64,000 nt of DNA from Macrostomum lignano. Taxonomy: Eukaryota. The position numbers and the translations under genes were made by a program. Under the pieces are notes generated by a model. That model searched no databases. It saw nothing but the letters and a program-made list of their open reading frames with translations, and was not told the origin of the DNA. This document shows positions 1-13,450 of the stretch, piece by piece. Position 1 is the stretch's first letter, and each line of letters opens with the position of its first letter. The stretch lies in the NCBI GenBank assembly GCA_002269645.1, contig NIVC01001338.1, positions 62,001 through 126,000 on the forward strand, written 5' to 3'.

Positions 1-630
1 AATGAATGACTGAACGACTCAAAATATAGTGTCAATGACTGAATGACTCAAACAGTGCATGACTGAACGACTCAAAATATAGTGTCAATGACTGAATGAC
101 TCAAACAGTGCATGACTGAACGACTCAAAATATAGTGTCAATGACTGAATGACTCAAACAGTGCATGACTGAACGACTCAAAATATAGTGTCAATGACTG
201 AATGGCCCAAACAGTAAATGACTGAATGACTCAAACAGTGCATGACTTAATGACTCAAGCAGTGCATGACTTAATGACTCAAACAGTGCATGACTAAATG
301 AGTCAAGCAGTGCATGACTGAATGACTCAAACAGTGCATGATTTAATGACTCAAGCAGTGCATGACTAAATGAGTCAAGCAGTGCATGACTTAATGACTC
401 AAACAGTGCATGACTTAATGACTCAAACAGTGCATGACTGAATGACTCAAACAGTGCATGACTTAATGACTCAAACAGTGCATGACTTAATGACTCAAAC
501 AGTGCATGACTTAATGAGTCAAGCAGTGCATGACTGAATGACTCAAGCAGTGCATGACTGAATGACTCAAGCAGTGCATGACTGAATGACTCAAAAAGTG
601 CATGACTAAATGAGTCAAGCAGTGCATGAC
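1..630. repeat. 24-bp minisatellite (ATGACTGAATGACTCAAACAGTGC) in a PLAA intron
   Basis: Tandem units visible directly; a longer variant alternates in the first 200 bp. Confidence 0.95.
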
Positions 631-672
631 AAAACTACAAATAAGCCAGTAGCTCAGAGTCGACTCGCTCAC

Positions 673-3600
673 CTGCCAGCCGGCATTCTCCTTGGCAAAG
701 TCCAGCTGATCAATCAATTCGAGCACCGATTTAAAATTGCCGACTAGCCAAGCTTTACCAGCCTCAGTTGCAGCTAAATTGGCCAGCAGCCTGGCCGCGA
801 GCATCTGACACGGCAGACTGCTACTAGGAGACAGAAATTTAGCCAACAACTGAGCTACAGTTGCACTGCCGGATTCCAACAGGATCTGAGCAGCCACAGG
901 AAATCTGCAAGCCATTCGCAGCACATCAAGCAGTGGCAGAGAGCAATCTGAAGCTCCATTCAAGGCCGTGTCAGCAATGGACAGGATCAGTCGGGCATCG
1001 GCTGAGTCTCCCTGACTGATCCCGGATTCCACCAGTGCGTCCAGCCGATCGGGCAGGTCTGCTGGCACCGAGGCGGCCAGTTCGCCAAGTTTCTTACGCA
1101 GCCCGGCCATGTTGCCAGCTGACAGAATCTGCAACTCCTTGTAGGGCAGGTATCTGAAAGGTGTGTGAACGCGGCTCTCATGTAGCTTTATATATACCGA
1201 TGTTGCGACCTTAGATGATCAGCAGATTTGCGTGTCAGACTACTTAAAGTAAAAAAACCCAAGTTTAAAGTAGTAATGCTTTTTTTAAATTCAAGGCAAT
1301 AAAAATATGATTTTTCTGTTTTTATACTTTTCATAAATAAAAAAACTATTGCATTTCAATCAGAGCTACATCCCAATATCCCACCCCAATTAGAGAATCT
1401 TATCCCATATCCCACACCAATTAGAGAATCCCATCCCATATCCCACACCAATTAGAGAATCCCATCCCATATCCCACACCAATTAGAGAATCCCATCCCA
1501 TATCCCACACCAATTAGAGAATCCTATCCCATATCCCACACCAATTAGAGAATCCTATCCCATATCCCACACCAATTAGAGAATCCCATCTCATATCCCA
1601 CACCAATTAGAGAATCCCATCTCATATCCCACACCAATTAGAGAATGTCCCATCCCATATCCCACACCAGCTAGAGAATCCCATCTCATATCCCATACCA
1701 ATTAGAGAATGTCCCATCTCATATCCCACACCAATTAGAGAATGTCCCATCTCATATCCCATACCAATTAGAGAATCCCATCTCATATCCCACACCAATT
1801 AGAGAAAGTCCCATCTCATATCCCACACCAATTAGAGAATGTCCCATCCCATATCCCACACCAGCTAGAGAATCCCATCTCATATCCCATACCAATTAGA
1901 GAATGTCCCATCCCATATCCCACACCAGCTAGAGAATCCCATCTCATATCCCACACCAATTAGAGAATCCCATCCCATATCCCACACCAGCTAGAGAATC
2001 CCATCCCATATCCCACACCAATTAGAGAATGTCCCATCCCATATCCCACACCAGCTAGAGAATCCCATCTCATATCCCACACCAATTAGAGAATGTCCCA
2101 TCCCATATCCCACACCAATTAGAGAATGTCCCATCCAATATTCTACACCAATTAGAGAATCCCATCCCATATCCCACACCAATTAGAGAATGTCCCATCC
2201 AATATTCTACACCAATTAGAGAATCCCATCCCATATCCCACACCAATTAGAGAATGTCCCATCCAATATTCTACACCAATTAGAGAATCCCATCCCATAT
2301 CCCACACCAATTAGAGAATCCCATAAACCAGATCCCACAGTGACACTAATTAAAGAATCCCAAATATCCCAAATCCCATGCCAACAGGAGAAACACCTCA
2401 CTTGGCCTTTAATTCGGGGGTGACTCCTCGTTCGCCGCTAGCGCCGCCTCCAACCCCAGCGCCGCCAGGCACGTACCGGTTGCCACCGGTGAAGGGGTCG
2501 CTAAAGCCTCTGCCGGTTCCACCGTCACTAGTGCCGCTACCGGGTATGTACCTGCCAGAGCCGGTGTACGGATCCGCATAGGTGCCCTGACTAATAGTTG
2601 GAGTCTCGCCAGCGTTGGTCCTAATAAACTGGGCCACCTGATCCAGGTAGGCCTGCGGCAGCAGGTGCTTGTCAATAAATCTTTGAGCAGCGAACCAAGG
2701 ATCTTCGGTGCGATTGTAAGGCAGCTTCAGAGGCGGCTTGCCTTCTTCAACGTCTACGGTGAACACAAAATCGTAGTCTTGGCCTTCAAAACGGGTCCGG
2801 CCGCCGCTGCCGCCGCCTCCGCCGCCTCCGCTGTTGACTGTCTCTCCGCCTTCTCCGCCAACAACGTCGCCTACCTTTTGCCATCTGATAGTTATTGAAA
2901 GTGGATCAAGGGTATGAGATTGAAAATTGACTAATTGATTCCATGTATTTGAGTGGTTTGGGGTGGCTTGGGGGGCGATTCTTGGAGTGACTTGGAGGGC
3001 GATTCTCAGGGTGGATTGGGGGCGATTCTCAGGGTGGATTGGGGGGCGATTCTCAGGGTGGATTGGGGGCGATTCTCAGGGTGGATTGGGGGGCGATTCT
3101 CAGGGTGGATTGGGGGCGATTCTCAGGGTGGATTGGGGGCGATTCTCAGGGCGGATTGGGGGCGATTCTCAGGGTGGATTGGGGGCGATTCTCGGCGGAT
3201 TGGGGGAGATTCTCAGGGTGGATTGGGGGCGATTCTCAGGGCGGATTGGGGGCGATTCTCAGGGTGGATTGGGGGCGATTCTCAGGTGGATTGGGGGAGA
3301 TTCTCAGGGTGGATTGGGGGAGATTCTCAGGGTGGATTGGGGGCGATTCTCAGGGTGGTTTGGAACGATTTTCAGGGTGGCTGGGGGGCGATTCTCAAAG
3401 TGGTTTGGAGGCGATTCTCGTGGTGGTTTGGGGCGATTCTCAAGGTGGTTTGGAATGATTTTCGGGGTGACTTGGGGCGACTCTCAGAGTGGATTGGGGG
3501 CGATTCTCAGGGTGGTTTGGAATGATTTTCGGGGTGACTTGGGGCGACTCTCAGAGTGGATTGGGGGCGATTCTCAGGGTGGTTTGGAATGATTTTCAGG

Positions 3601-6600
3601 GTGACTTGGGGCGACTCTCAGAGTGGATTGGGGCGATTCTCAGGGTGGTTTGGAATGACTTTCAGGGTGACTTGGGGCGATTCTCAAAGTGGTTTGGAGG
3701 CGATTCTCAGTGTGGTTTGGGGGCGATTCTCAGGGTGGTTTGGGGGCGATTTTCAGGGTTGCTTGGGGGCGATCCTCGATTCCTCATGGTTGCTTGGGGC
3801 GATTTTCGTGGTTCCTTAGGGCGAACCTCATGGTGATTTAATGGCAATTCTCAAGGTGGTTTGGGGCGATTCTCATGATGGTTTGGAGACGATTCTCAGA
3901 GTGGTTTGGACTCACTTGGAATTGGGTCAAGATCAATTTCAAGATGGTTCAGGGGAGGGTAACGGTCTGAGTATATGGTGGAAAACTGCAAAAATTATCA
4001 TAAACAACAAATGGTTGTTTACTCACTTGGCCTCCTCGTTAGACCACTGATGCGCTTCAATCTTGGCGCCGCGCCTCACCATGATAACCTGGCCCTCCCG
4101 CTGACCAGCCCTGGTCAAGGCCTCCGGGCCGGGCAGCTTCTCCGTGTCCAGATCGCCGATCTTCACCGGGATGGCGCTGTCCGCGACCTCGGCTTCGTAC
4201 ACGGCCAGCAGGTCAGGCGGTGCCAGTCGGTGGGCTTCGGCTGTGAATACGCGAATGGCCTGGCCGGCGGGGAGTGCGAGGTGACAGGCACACGATGCAG
4301 CTGCGAGAGGTGATGACCGCCTGACTGCCTACCTGCCTGTTTATGACTGCCCGTCTGTTTATCCGCCTGTTTACCTACCTGTTAATTTACCTGCCTGTTT
4401 ACTTGAATATCTATCTGCCTGTTTATGAGTGTTTATCTGCCTGTTTACCTGCTTGTTCATCTGCCTTTTTACCTGTCTGTTTACATGTCTGTTTACCTGA
4501 CTATTTATCTGCCTGTTTACCTACCTGTTTATTTGCCTGTTTACCTGCCTGTTTATCAACATATTAACTTGCCTGTTTATTTGCCTGTTTACCTGCCTGT
4601 TTATCAACATATTAACTTGCCTGTTTATTTGCCTGTTTACCTGCCTGTTTATCAACATATTAACTTGCCTGTTTATTTACCTGTTTATCTGCCTGTTTAT
4701 CTGCCTGTTTACCTGCACCTGTTTATCTACCTGCTTACCTGCCTGCTTATTTGCCTGTTTATATATCTGTTTACTTGCCTGTTAACCTTCCTGTCTGTTT
4801 ATCTGTTTGCTGACCTGTCCTTGTTTACCTGTATGTTCTGTATGTCCATTGGTCTGTTTATGTGTCTGTTGACACTGTTTACGTTTCGTTGATTTGTCTG
4901 TTTACCTATCTGTCCTCATCTGATTCTGCTTGCTAAGACTGCAGTTCTAGCTTACAGGCTTAGAGTCAGCTGACAAAAAAAGGCGCAGAGGCCCGATATA
5001 AATAAACAACTCACAGCGTCGCTGCCGGCAACAGCCAGGTCGCCATTCACTAGCCAACAGACGGCCCAAATAGACTGGCAGGGCATGGTCAGGGCCTGCA
5101 GACAGGCGCCAGTCTCCACCGACCACAATCGGCAGGTTCGATCCTCGGACGCCGAGGCGAAATGCAAAACATCGCCGTCAGCGTCCGGGTCGGGCAGGGC
5201 GGCGACGGCGTAGACGAAACCGGCGTGACCTTCAAATGTCATCTGACTGGAGGTGGCGTGCAGGTGCCACAGTCGGAGCGTGGCATCGTTGCTGCAGGAC
5301 ACAAATCGGCGATTGGGGAGGCGGCAGAGGCCGCGAACGGCGTCGAAGTGACCAGAGAGAGTCGTCACGCTGGCGGGCTTGGCCAGCTGCTGCGGCTGTT
5401 GAGTTAATAAAATACGTATTCGTGCTTAGGATATTATTACTAACAGCTATAAAATCCCAGTTCCCTAATCTGAAATCCCAATTCCCTAATCTGAAATCCC
5501 AATTCCCCAATCTGAAATCCCAATTCCCTAATCTGAAATCCCAATTCTATAATCTAAAATCCCAATTCCCCAATCTGAAATTTCAATTCCCTAATCTGAA
5601 ATCCCAATTCCCTAATCTAAAATCCCAGTTCCCTAATCTGAAATCCTAATTCCATAATCTGAAATCTCAGTTCCCTAATCTAAAATCCCAATTCCCCAAT
5701 CTAAAATCCCAATTCCCCAATCTAAAATCCCAAGTCTCTAATCTAAAATCGCAATTCTCAGATCTGAAATCCCAATTCCTCAATCTGAAATCCCAATTCC
5801 CTTATCTGAAATCCCAATTCAACCATTTTAAATCTCCTTTCTAATCTGAAATCCCAATTCCCTAATCTGAAATCTCAATTCTCTAAGCTAGAATCCCAAT
5901 TCTCCATCCTGAAATCCCAATTCTCCATCCTGAAATCCCAATTCTCCATCCTGAAATCCCAATTCTCCATCCTGAAATCCCAATTCCCCAATCTGAAATC
6001 CTAATTCCCCAGTCTGAAATCCCGATTCCACAATTTGAAACCTCAACCCTCCCACTTGAAATCCGGATTCCCCAAATTAAAATCCCAATCCCACAATCCG
6101 AAATTTGAAGTCCCAGTTACCAGTTCAGTCTCGCCATCCTTATCTGTGCCGAGCTCCATCGGCCACAGCTTGATCTGTCTGTCCGCCCCGGCCGTGGCGA
6201 CCAGCGCCTCCTCCGGGTCGAAGCTGATAGCGGACCAGACCGCCGCCTCGTGGCCGCCAGCGAACACGGCCACGCAGCGGTTGCGACGCCACAGTCGAGC
6301 GGTTCGGTCCCAGCTGGCGCTGAGCAGCTGGCGGCCGCTGGATCCGTGCGGGCCGGCGCAGCTCAGGCCGCAGACGTTCGCTTCGTGACCTTCAAGACGG
6401 GCGACTGGCTCGGGCGAGTCCAGGGTGAAGGCGAATATTACCTGGTTGAGAGGGGGGCATTTGGCGATAGGATACAATGGGATTTTATCCAAAAAGTTAT
6501 CAACAAAGGGATAGAAATTTATATATATATTGTGAATAAGAGAACTTTATGGGGAAATATGAAGGGGAGAATGGGGATTCATGGGGAACATGGTGGGAAG

Positions 6601-7854
6601 TAGGGGGATTCATGGGGAATATGGTGGGGAGAATGGGGATTTATGGGGAACATGGTGGGAAGTAGGGGGATTCATGGGGAATATGGTGGGGAGAATGGGG
6701 ATTTATGGGGAATATGGTGGGAGAAGGGAGATTCATGGGGAAATATGGTGAGGAGAATGGGGATTTATGGGGAAATATGATGGGGAGAATGGGGATTTAT
6801 GGGAAATATGATGGGGAGAATGGGGATTCATGGGGAATATGGTGGGGAGAAGGGGGATTCATGGGGAAATATGATGGGGAGAATGGGAATTCATGGGGAA
6901 TAATGTGGGGAGAAGGGGGAATTCATGGGGAATATGGTGGGGAGAATGGGGATTTATGGGTAAATATGATGGGGAGAATGGGGAATTCATCGGGAATATG
7001 GTGGGGAGAAGGGGGAATTCATGGGGAATATGGTGGGGAGAATGGGGATTTATAGGGAATATGGTGGGGAGAATGGGGATTTATGGGGAAATATGATGGG
7101 GAGAATGGGGATTCATGGGGAATATGGTGGGGAGAATGGGGATTCATGGGGAATATGGTGGGGAGAATGGGGATTTATGGGGAAATATGGTGGGGAGAAT
7201 GGGGATTTATGGGGAAATATGGTGGGGAGAATGGGGATTTATGGGGAAATATGGTGGGGAGAATGGGGATTTATGGGGAAATATGATGGGGAGAAGGGGG
7301 ATTCATGGGGAATATGGTGGGGAGAATGGGGATTTATGGGGAAATATGATGGGGAGAATGGGGATTCATGGGAAATATGGTGGGGAGAATGGGGATTCAT
7401 GGGGAATATGGTGCGGTTAAGGGGGATTTATGGGGAAATATGATGGGGAGAATGGGGATTCATGGGGAAAAATAATAATAAGGAATTAAGAATGCGACGA
7501 AAACACAGGGAATAATGAGTAGTACTCTTCCATCTCCCAGCCACCCACCTTGTCCATTCCAGCGGTGTATAGCAGGCCACCAGGGCACCAGTCGCATGGG
7601 TCCATCCAAGCAACGGCATTCACGTAGCCGGCATGCGAGCACAGGCCCAGGCACTCCGTGTAACCAACCGCTCCATCTTGAGCAGCCAGATCCGGACTCC
7701 AAACTCGAGCTGTTCGATCGCGACTGGCGCTGGCGATACAGGCAGCCCCAGACAGGGCAGGGGAGGTCACCGAGCACAGGGCTTTCACGTCTTTCTCGTG
7801 GCCTAGAAGGCTGCAGCTCAATCTGTAGGGTCGGAACGTGCTGGCCGATGCCAT
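673..7854 (-). CDS. PLAA: Phospholipase A2-activating protein (PLAA/Doa1/Ufd3), WD40-PFU-PUL; 3' end lies beyond the window start
   Basis: Exons 7854-7549, 6441-6121, ~5395-5015, 4259-4027, 2884-2402, 1153-673, all GT-AG with compatible phases (about 735 aa so far). WD40 repeats (GHEKDVKAL, SASRDRTARVW, GHEANVCGL, GHFDAVRGL); PFU domain (KWQKVGDVVG...DYDFVFTVDVEEGKPPLKLPYN..DPWFAAQRF..YLDQVAQFIRTN); ARM-like PUL start (YLPYKE...CQMLAARLLANL). The exon 3 acceptor could be a few codons different. Confidence 0.95.
1370..2330. repeat. ~31-33-bp minisatellite (TATCCCACACCAATTAGAGAATCCCATCCCA) in PLAA intron 5
   Basis: Period 31 seen at 1441/1472; GT-insertion variants. Confidence 0.95.
2955..3910. 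repeat. ~23-24-bp G-rich minisatellite (GGGCGATTCTCAGGGTGGATTGG) in PLAA intron 4
   Basis: Tandem units, degenerating toward 3900; source of several artefactual ORFs. Confidence 0.95.
4315..4900. repeat. Degenerate CTGTTTAC/CTGCCTGT low-complexity repeat in PLAA intron 3
   Basis: Seen directly. Confidence 0.9.
5450..6110. repeat. 21-bp minisatellite (AATCTGAAATCCCAATTCCCT) in PLAA intron 2
   Basis: Seen directly; gives the KSQFPNL 7-aa artefact ORF. Confidence 0.95.
6555..7470. repeat. ~32-bp purine/G-rich minisatellite (GGGGAGAATGGGGATTTATGGGGAAATATGAT) in PLAA intron 1
   Basis: Seen directly. Confidence 0.95.
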
Positions 7855-7964
7855 GGGTGCTTCTGTCTGGGATTGGCTTGGTGCTTGGATTGTCCTGGCT
7901 TTGCCTTGGCAACCGCGGCTTTGAGCATCAATGGAAACAATAATCTTGTATTGGAAGTTTTTGG

Positions 7965-8360
7965 GAGATCTGGTCGCTGGGGTGATATCTAGTAGCTTCA
8001 GGTGGGATCTGGTAGCTGGGGTGAGGTCTGGTAGCTTTAGGTGAGATCTGGTAGCTAGGGTGAGATCTGGTAGCTGGGGTGAGGTCTGGTAGCTGGGTAA
8101 GATCTGGTAGCTTGAAGTGAGAATCTGGTAGCTTAGATGAGATCTGGTAGCTGGGGTAAGATCTGGTAGCTTGAAGTGAGAATCTGGTAGCTTAGATGAG
8201 ATCTGGTAGCTGGGGTGAGATCTGTTAGCTTGGGTGAGATCTGGTAGCTGGGGTGAGATCTGGTAGCTGGGTAAGATCTGGTAGCTGGGGTGAGATCTGG
8301 TAGCTGGGTAAGATCTGGTAGCTGGGTGAGATCTGGTAGCTTGAATGAGATCTGGTAGCT
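7965..8360. repeat. 19-20-bp minisatellite (GAGATCTGGTAGCTGGGGT) upstream of the PLAA ATG
   Basis: Seen directly. Confidence 0.95.
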
Positions 8361-8849
8361 TGAGCCTATAATCTGGCATACAAAATGACAGGATAAAAAT
8401 GAATTTAAATAGAGAGAAACAGCAACAATTATTGATATATGAATATATTAGTTTAACAGTTTCAATTTAATTATTAGGGCAGTAAATAAAAAGGAGTAAA
8501 AAATTAAGCATCCGATCTACACGCAAATGTGACATATTTATTTATGAATGAAAGCAAAATCAGAAAAATCTTTCTCTTTAAAGCCGATAACAGTGAAAAG
8601 GGGCGACACACTTATGGCTGGTATTTATTTGTAAAGGAAGCCAAAATCACGAAATATTTAGTTAATTATATCACGAATATTTTGATGTTTATCTTACGAA
8701 GGGAATACTGTAATTAAAAAAAGATTTTATACCAATAAGTGGTTAAAAAAATTGGAAATATAACAGAACTATGTAATTAAACCAGGTTTAAAAACGAGTG
8801 CTTTCTTTAAAGGAGTAAAATTTATTTGTACCTTCACACTAGAGTTTCA

Positions 8850-10702
8850 CTAAAACATTACTTTAACAGGTCTGGAAGCTCTTTGAATAAAGCACGGCTT
8901 GTTGAATTTGCACTTCTCCAAGTGCTTTGACTGCCAGGCTCCCGGGGGCAGGCGCTCTGGAAGGAAATGGTTCGAAATAAGGATATTGGTGTTATAATTG
9001 TTATTTAATAGGAGTATCTTTCCATACCCTCTCTCCGTACCTCCCTCACTTTCTACTCTCTCTACCCTCACTCCCTACCACTCTATCCTCACCTGTCTCT
9101 CTCACCTCTCTCTACCCCCGTCTCTCCACCCTCACCTGTCTATATCCTCACCTCTCTCTCACCTCTCTCTACCCTTATCTGTCTCTCTACCCTTATCTGT
9201 CTCTCTACCCTCACCTGTCTCTCTACCCTAATCTGTCTCTCTACCCTTATCTGTCTCTCTATCCTCACCTGTCTCTCTATCCTCACCTGTCTCTCTATCC
9301 TCACCTGTCTCTCTATCCTCACCTGTCTCTCTATCCTCACCTGTCTCTCTACCCTAATCTGTCTCTCTACCCTAATCTGTCTCTCTACCCTAATCTGTCT
9401 CTCTACCCTAATCTGTCTCTCTACCCTTATCTGTCTCTCTATTCTCACCTGTCTCTCTATCCTCACCTGTCTCTCTACCCTAATCTGTCTCTCTACCCTT
9501 ATCTGTCTCTCTACCCTAATCTGTCTCTCTACCCTTATCTGTCTCTCTATCCTCACATGTCTCTCTACCCTAATCTGTCTCTCTACCCTCACCTGTCTCT
9601 CTACCCTTATCTGTCTCTCTACCCTTATCTGTCTCTCTACCCTCACCTGTCTCTCTACCCTTATCTGTCTCTCTACCCTCAGCTGTCTCTCTACCCTTAT
9701 CTGTCTCTCTACCCTTATCTGTCTCTCTACCCTTATCTGTCTCTCTACCCTTATCTGTCTCTCTACCCTCAGCTGTCTCTCTACCCTTATCTGTCTCTCT
9801 ACCCTCAGCTGTCTCTATCCTCAGCTGTCTCTACCCTCAGCTGTCTCTATCCTCAGCTGTCTCTATCCTCAGCTGTCTCTATCCTCAGCTGTCTCTATCC
9901 TCAGCTGTCTCTACCCTCAGCTGTCTCTATCCTCAGCTGTCTCTCTACCCTTATCTGTCTCTCTACCCTCAGCTGTCTCTCTACTCTCACCTGTCTCTCT
10001 ACCCTTATCTGTCTCTCTACCCTTATCTGTCTCTCTACTCTCACCTGTCTCTCTACCCTCAGCTGTCTCTTTACTCTCAGCTGTCTCTCTACCCTTATCT
10101 GTCTCTCTACCCTTATCTGTCTCTCTACTCTCACCTGTCTCTCTACCCTTATCTGTCTCTCTACTCTCACCTGTCTCTCTACTCTCACCTGTCTCTCTAC
10201 CCTTATCTGTCTCTCTACCCTTATCTGTCTCTCTACTCTCACCTGTCTCTCTACCCTTATCTGTCTCTCTACCCTCAGCTGTCTCTCTACTCTCAGCTGT
10301 CTCTCTACCCTTATCTGTCTCTCTACCCTCAGCTGTCTCTCTACTCTCACCTGTCTCTCTACCCTCAGCTGTCTCTATCCTCAGCTGTCTCTCTCCTCAG
10401 CTGTCTCTATCCTCAGCTGTCTCTATCCTCAGCTGTCTCTACCCTTATCTGTCTCTCTACCCTCAGCTGTCTCTACCTGGCCTACTTTCAGCGGTATGTG
10501 CATCTTCCTCAATAAGTATTAAATAGGCATTAAAATTGACTTGCTCCATACCTTTGCTTTCATCAGTGCCCTCTCTGACGCAATTCTCGTTGCCATAGCA
10601 ACCAGCAGAGTTGCCAGCACAATAATCGGCATATCTGGCTCCGCAGCCGAGGTAGGCCAAAGGACAAGCTTTATCTGCCTCCATCAGTCCAAGGTCAGTA
10701 AC
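8850..10702 (-). CDS. Two extra exons paralogous to the FBXO30-like C-terminus, without an F-box (alternative 3' end or remnant duplicate)
   Basis: Exon 10702-10552 (CAG acceptor, phase 0; [24 protein letters not shown]...ESK; donor GTATGG, phase 1) splices in frame to exon 8956-8850 (CAG acceptor, phase 1; [34 protein letters not shown]). These match CPLAYLGC and LPAAAWMSKHLASCEFN of the upstream gene. Confidence 0.6.
9040..10475. repeat. 18-bp pyrimidine-rich minisatellite (CTGTCTCTCTACCCTTAT)
   Basis: Seen directly; gives VERQIR artefact ORFs. Confidence 0.95.
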
Positions 10703-10829
10703 CTGCTGGGCATGCCAACAGCACAAAAATGCTAGTTTGAATTTATCGAAAACGAAAATTTATTGTATAAACAATTGTCAAGTCAATTAAACAGCGCTAC
10801 AGTTGCAGTCTTTGTAGAAGCGTGCATTT

Positions 10830-11260
10830 AGGTTCAGGAAAAGGGGATAGGTAGAGACGATAGGGAGAGGAGAGAGGAAGAGAGTATACAGGAGAGAAGT
10901 AGACAAGAAGAGTAGACAGGGAGAGAGTAGATATGGCGAGAGTAGACAGGGAGAGTAGAGAGGGAGAGAGTAGACAGGGACAGAAGTAGACAGCAAGAGT
11001 AGACAAGAGAGAAGAGAGTAAAGAGGGAGAGAGTAGACAAGAAGAGTAGACAGGGAGAGTAGATAGAGAGAGTAGTCAAGGAGAGAGTAGAGAGGGAGAG
11101 TAGACACGGAGAGTAGATAAAGAGAGTAGTCAGGGAGAGAGTAGAGTAGAGGGAGAGAGTAGACACGGAGAGTAGATAGAGAGAGTAGTCAGGGAGAGAG
11201 TAGACACGGAGTAGATAGAAAGAGTAGTCAGGGAGAGAGTAGACAGGAAAAGTAGTCTGG
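10830..11260. repeat. Purine-rich degenerate repeat (AGAGAGTAGACAGGG)
   Basis: Seen directly. Confidence 0.85.
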
Positions 11261-11559
11261 GAGAAATATTGGACAGTGAAGATAGTAGGTAAATGGGAGA
11301 AGTAGACCGGTAGGTAACAGATAAACGAGCTGGCTAAGAAAATATCAGGGAGTGAAAAACTCTATCAGCGCATATAACGGTAAATGGGTTTAAAAACGCA
11401 AACGATAAGCATGCAACATAAGGCTCTGATCTGAGGCTTACAGTTAACTTAAATCTCCACAAAACACTGTACAAGCCCAGCAAAGAGGAAAAACGGTAAC
11501 TAAGGAGGAAACCAAAAGCAGACAGAAACTCCACAGCATTATAACCTTTCATACAGCAC

Positions 11560-12380
11560 TGCTTTCTCCCTTTATTCAGCACTGCTGTCTCCCTCCATTC
11601 AGCACTGCTGTCTCCCTCCATTCAGCACTGCTGTCTCCCTTCTTTCAGCACAGCTGTCTCCCTTCTTTCAGCACAGCTGTCTCCCTCCAATCAGCACTGC
11701 TGTCTCCCTCCATTCAGCACTGCTGTCTCCCTCCATTCAGCACTGCTGTCTCCCTTCATTCAGCACAGCTGTCTCATTTCATTCAGCACTGCTGTCTCAT
11801 TTCATTTGGCACTACAGTCCCCTCACTCAGCACAGGCAGCACTGCTATTCCCCTCACTCAGCACAGACAGCACTGCTATTCCCCTCACTCAGCACAGACA
11901 GCACTGCTATTCCCCTCACTCAGCACAGGCAGCACTGCTATTCCCCTCACTCAGCACAGACAGCACTGCTATTCCCCTCACTCAGCACAGGCAGCACTGC
12001 TATTCCCCTCACTCAGCACAGACAGCACTGCTATTCCCCTCACTCAGCACAGACAGCACTGCTATTCCCCTCACTCAGCACAGACAGCACTGCTATTCCC
12101 CTCACTCAGCACAGGCAGCACTGCTATTCCCCTCACTCAGCACAGACAGCACTGCTATTCCCCTCACTCAGCACAGGCAGCACTGCTATTCCCCTCACTC
12201 AGCACAGGCAGCACTGCTATTCCCCTCACTCAGCACAGGCAGCACTGCTATTCCCCTCACTCAGCACAGGCAGCACTGCTATTCCCCTCACTCAGCACAG
12301 GCAGCACTGCTATCCCCCTCACTCAGCACAGGCAGCATTGCTATTCCCCTCACTCAGCACAGGCAGCACTGCCATCCCCC
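11560..12380. repeat. Composite minisatellite: ~23-bp CAGCACTGCTGTCTCCCTCCATT grading into 31-bp CAGCACAGGCAGCACTGCTATTCCCCTCACT
   Basis: Seen directly; the two units share CAGCACTGCT. Confidence 0.95.
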
Positions 12381-12964
12381 TTCAGCGGAGGCAGCACTCG
12401 CACTCGCACAGGAGCGGTCTGAGTCTCGGATCGCTGGTTGAACTCGCAGCTGGCCAGATGCTTCGACATCCAAGCGGCAGCTGGCAGACCCCCTGGCCGG
12501 TGATGGTCGAATGCGGCTTGGCCGGAGGCGAACCAGCGGGCTCTGCTTGGTTTGGACACCTGTCGCCAACCGGTGATACCGGTGGGGCTCTGGTTAGCCA
12601 GCAGCTCCCAGCCAAGTTCAACGCAACAGCTTCGGCCGCGGCGCCAACGATCGTCATCAAGACGGTGGCGCATCGCCCGGCAAGTTGAGCGAAGGCACAA
12701 CAGGGCGTGGCTGTCCAGGTAGGACAGAATGCGATCGATCAGCTCGTCTGGTAGGGTCATGAGGCCTGGGCCTGGGTGGAAGTTGATAGGCGCAGAGATA
12801 GCTGTGTGTCTCACTTTGCCACCGGCCTGCATGCTGCCTGCCTGCCTGCCCGCCTGTCTGTCTGTCTGTCTGTCGTCTGTCTGCCTGTCTGTCGTCTGTC
12901 TGTCTTCTGTCTGTCTGTCTGTCTGTCTGCCTGTCTGTCTGTCTGTCTGTCTGTCTGTCTGCCG

Positions 12965-13011
<47 letters not shown>

Positions 13012-13061
13012 GTCTGTCTGTCTGTCTGTCTGCCTGTCTGTCTGTCTGTCGTCTGTCTGTC

Positions 13062-13100
<39 letters not shown>

Positions 13101-13177
13101 GTCTGTCTGTCTGTCTGTCTGCCTGTCTGTCTGTCTGTCGTCTGTCTGTCGTCTGTCTGTCTGTCTGTCTGCCTGCC

Positions 13178-13210
<33 letters not shown>

Positions 13211-13308
13211 GCCTGGTCGTCTGTCTGTCTGCCTGTCTGTCTGCCTGTCTGTCTGTCGTCTGTCTGTCTGTCTGCCTGCCTGCCTGCCTGTCTGTCTGTC
13301 TGTCTGCC

Positions 13309-13344
<36 letters not shown>

Positions 13345-13407
13345 GTCTGTCTGTCTGTCTGTCTGCCTGCCTGCCTGCCTGTCTGCCTGCCTGTCTGTCT
13401 GCCTGCC

Positions 13408-13450
<43 letters not shown>

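Noticed and set aside
1370-7470. Strand bias of G-rich intronic repeats in PLAA
   Set aside because: G-rich and C-rich repeats alternate on the sense strand, so there is no consistent bias.
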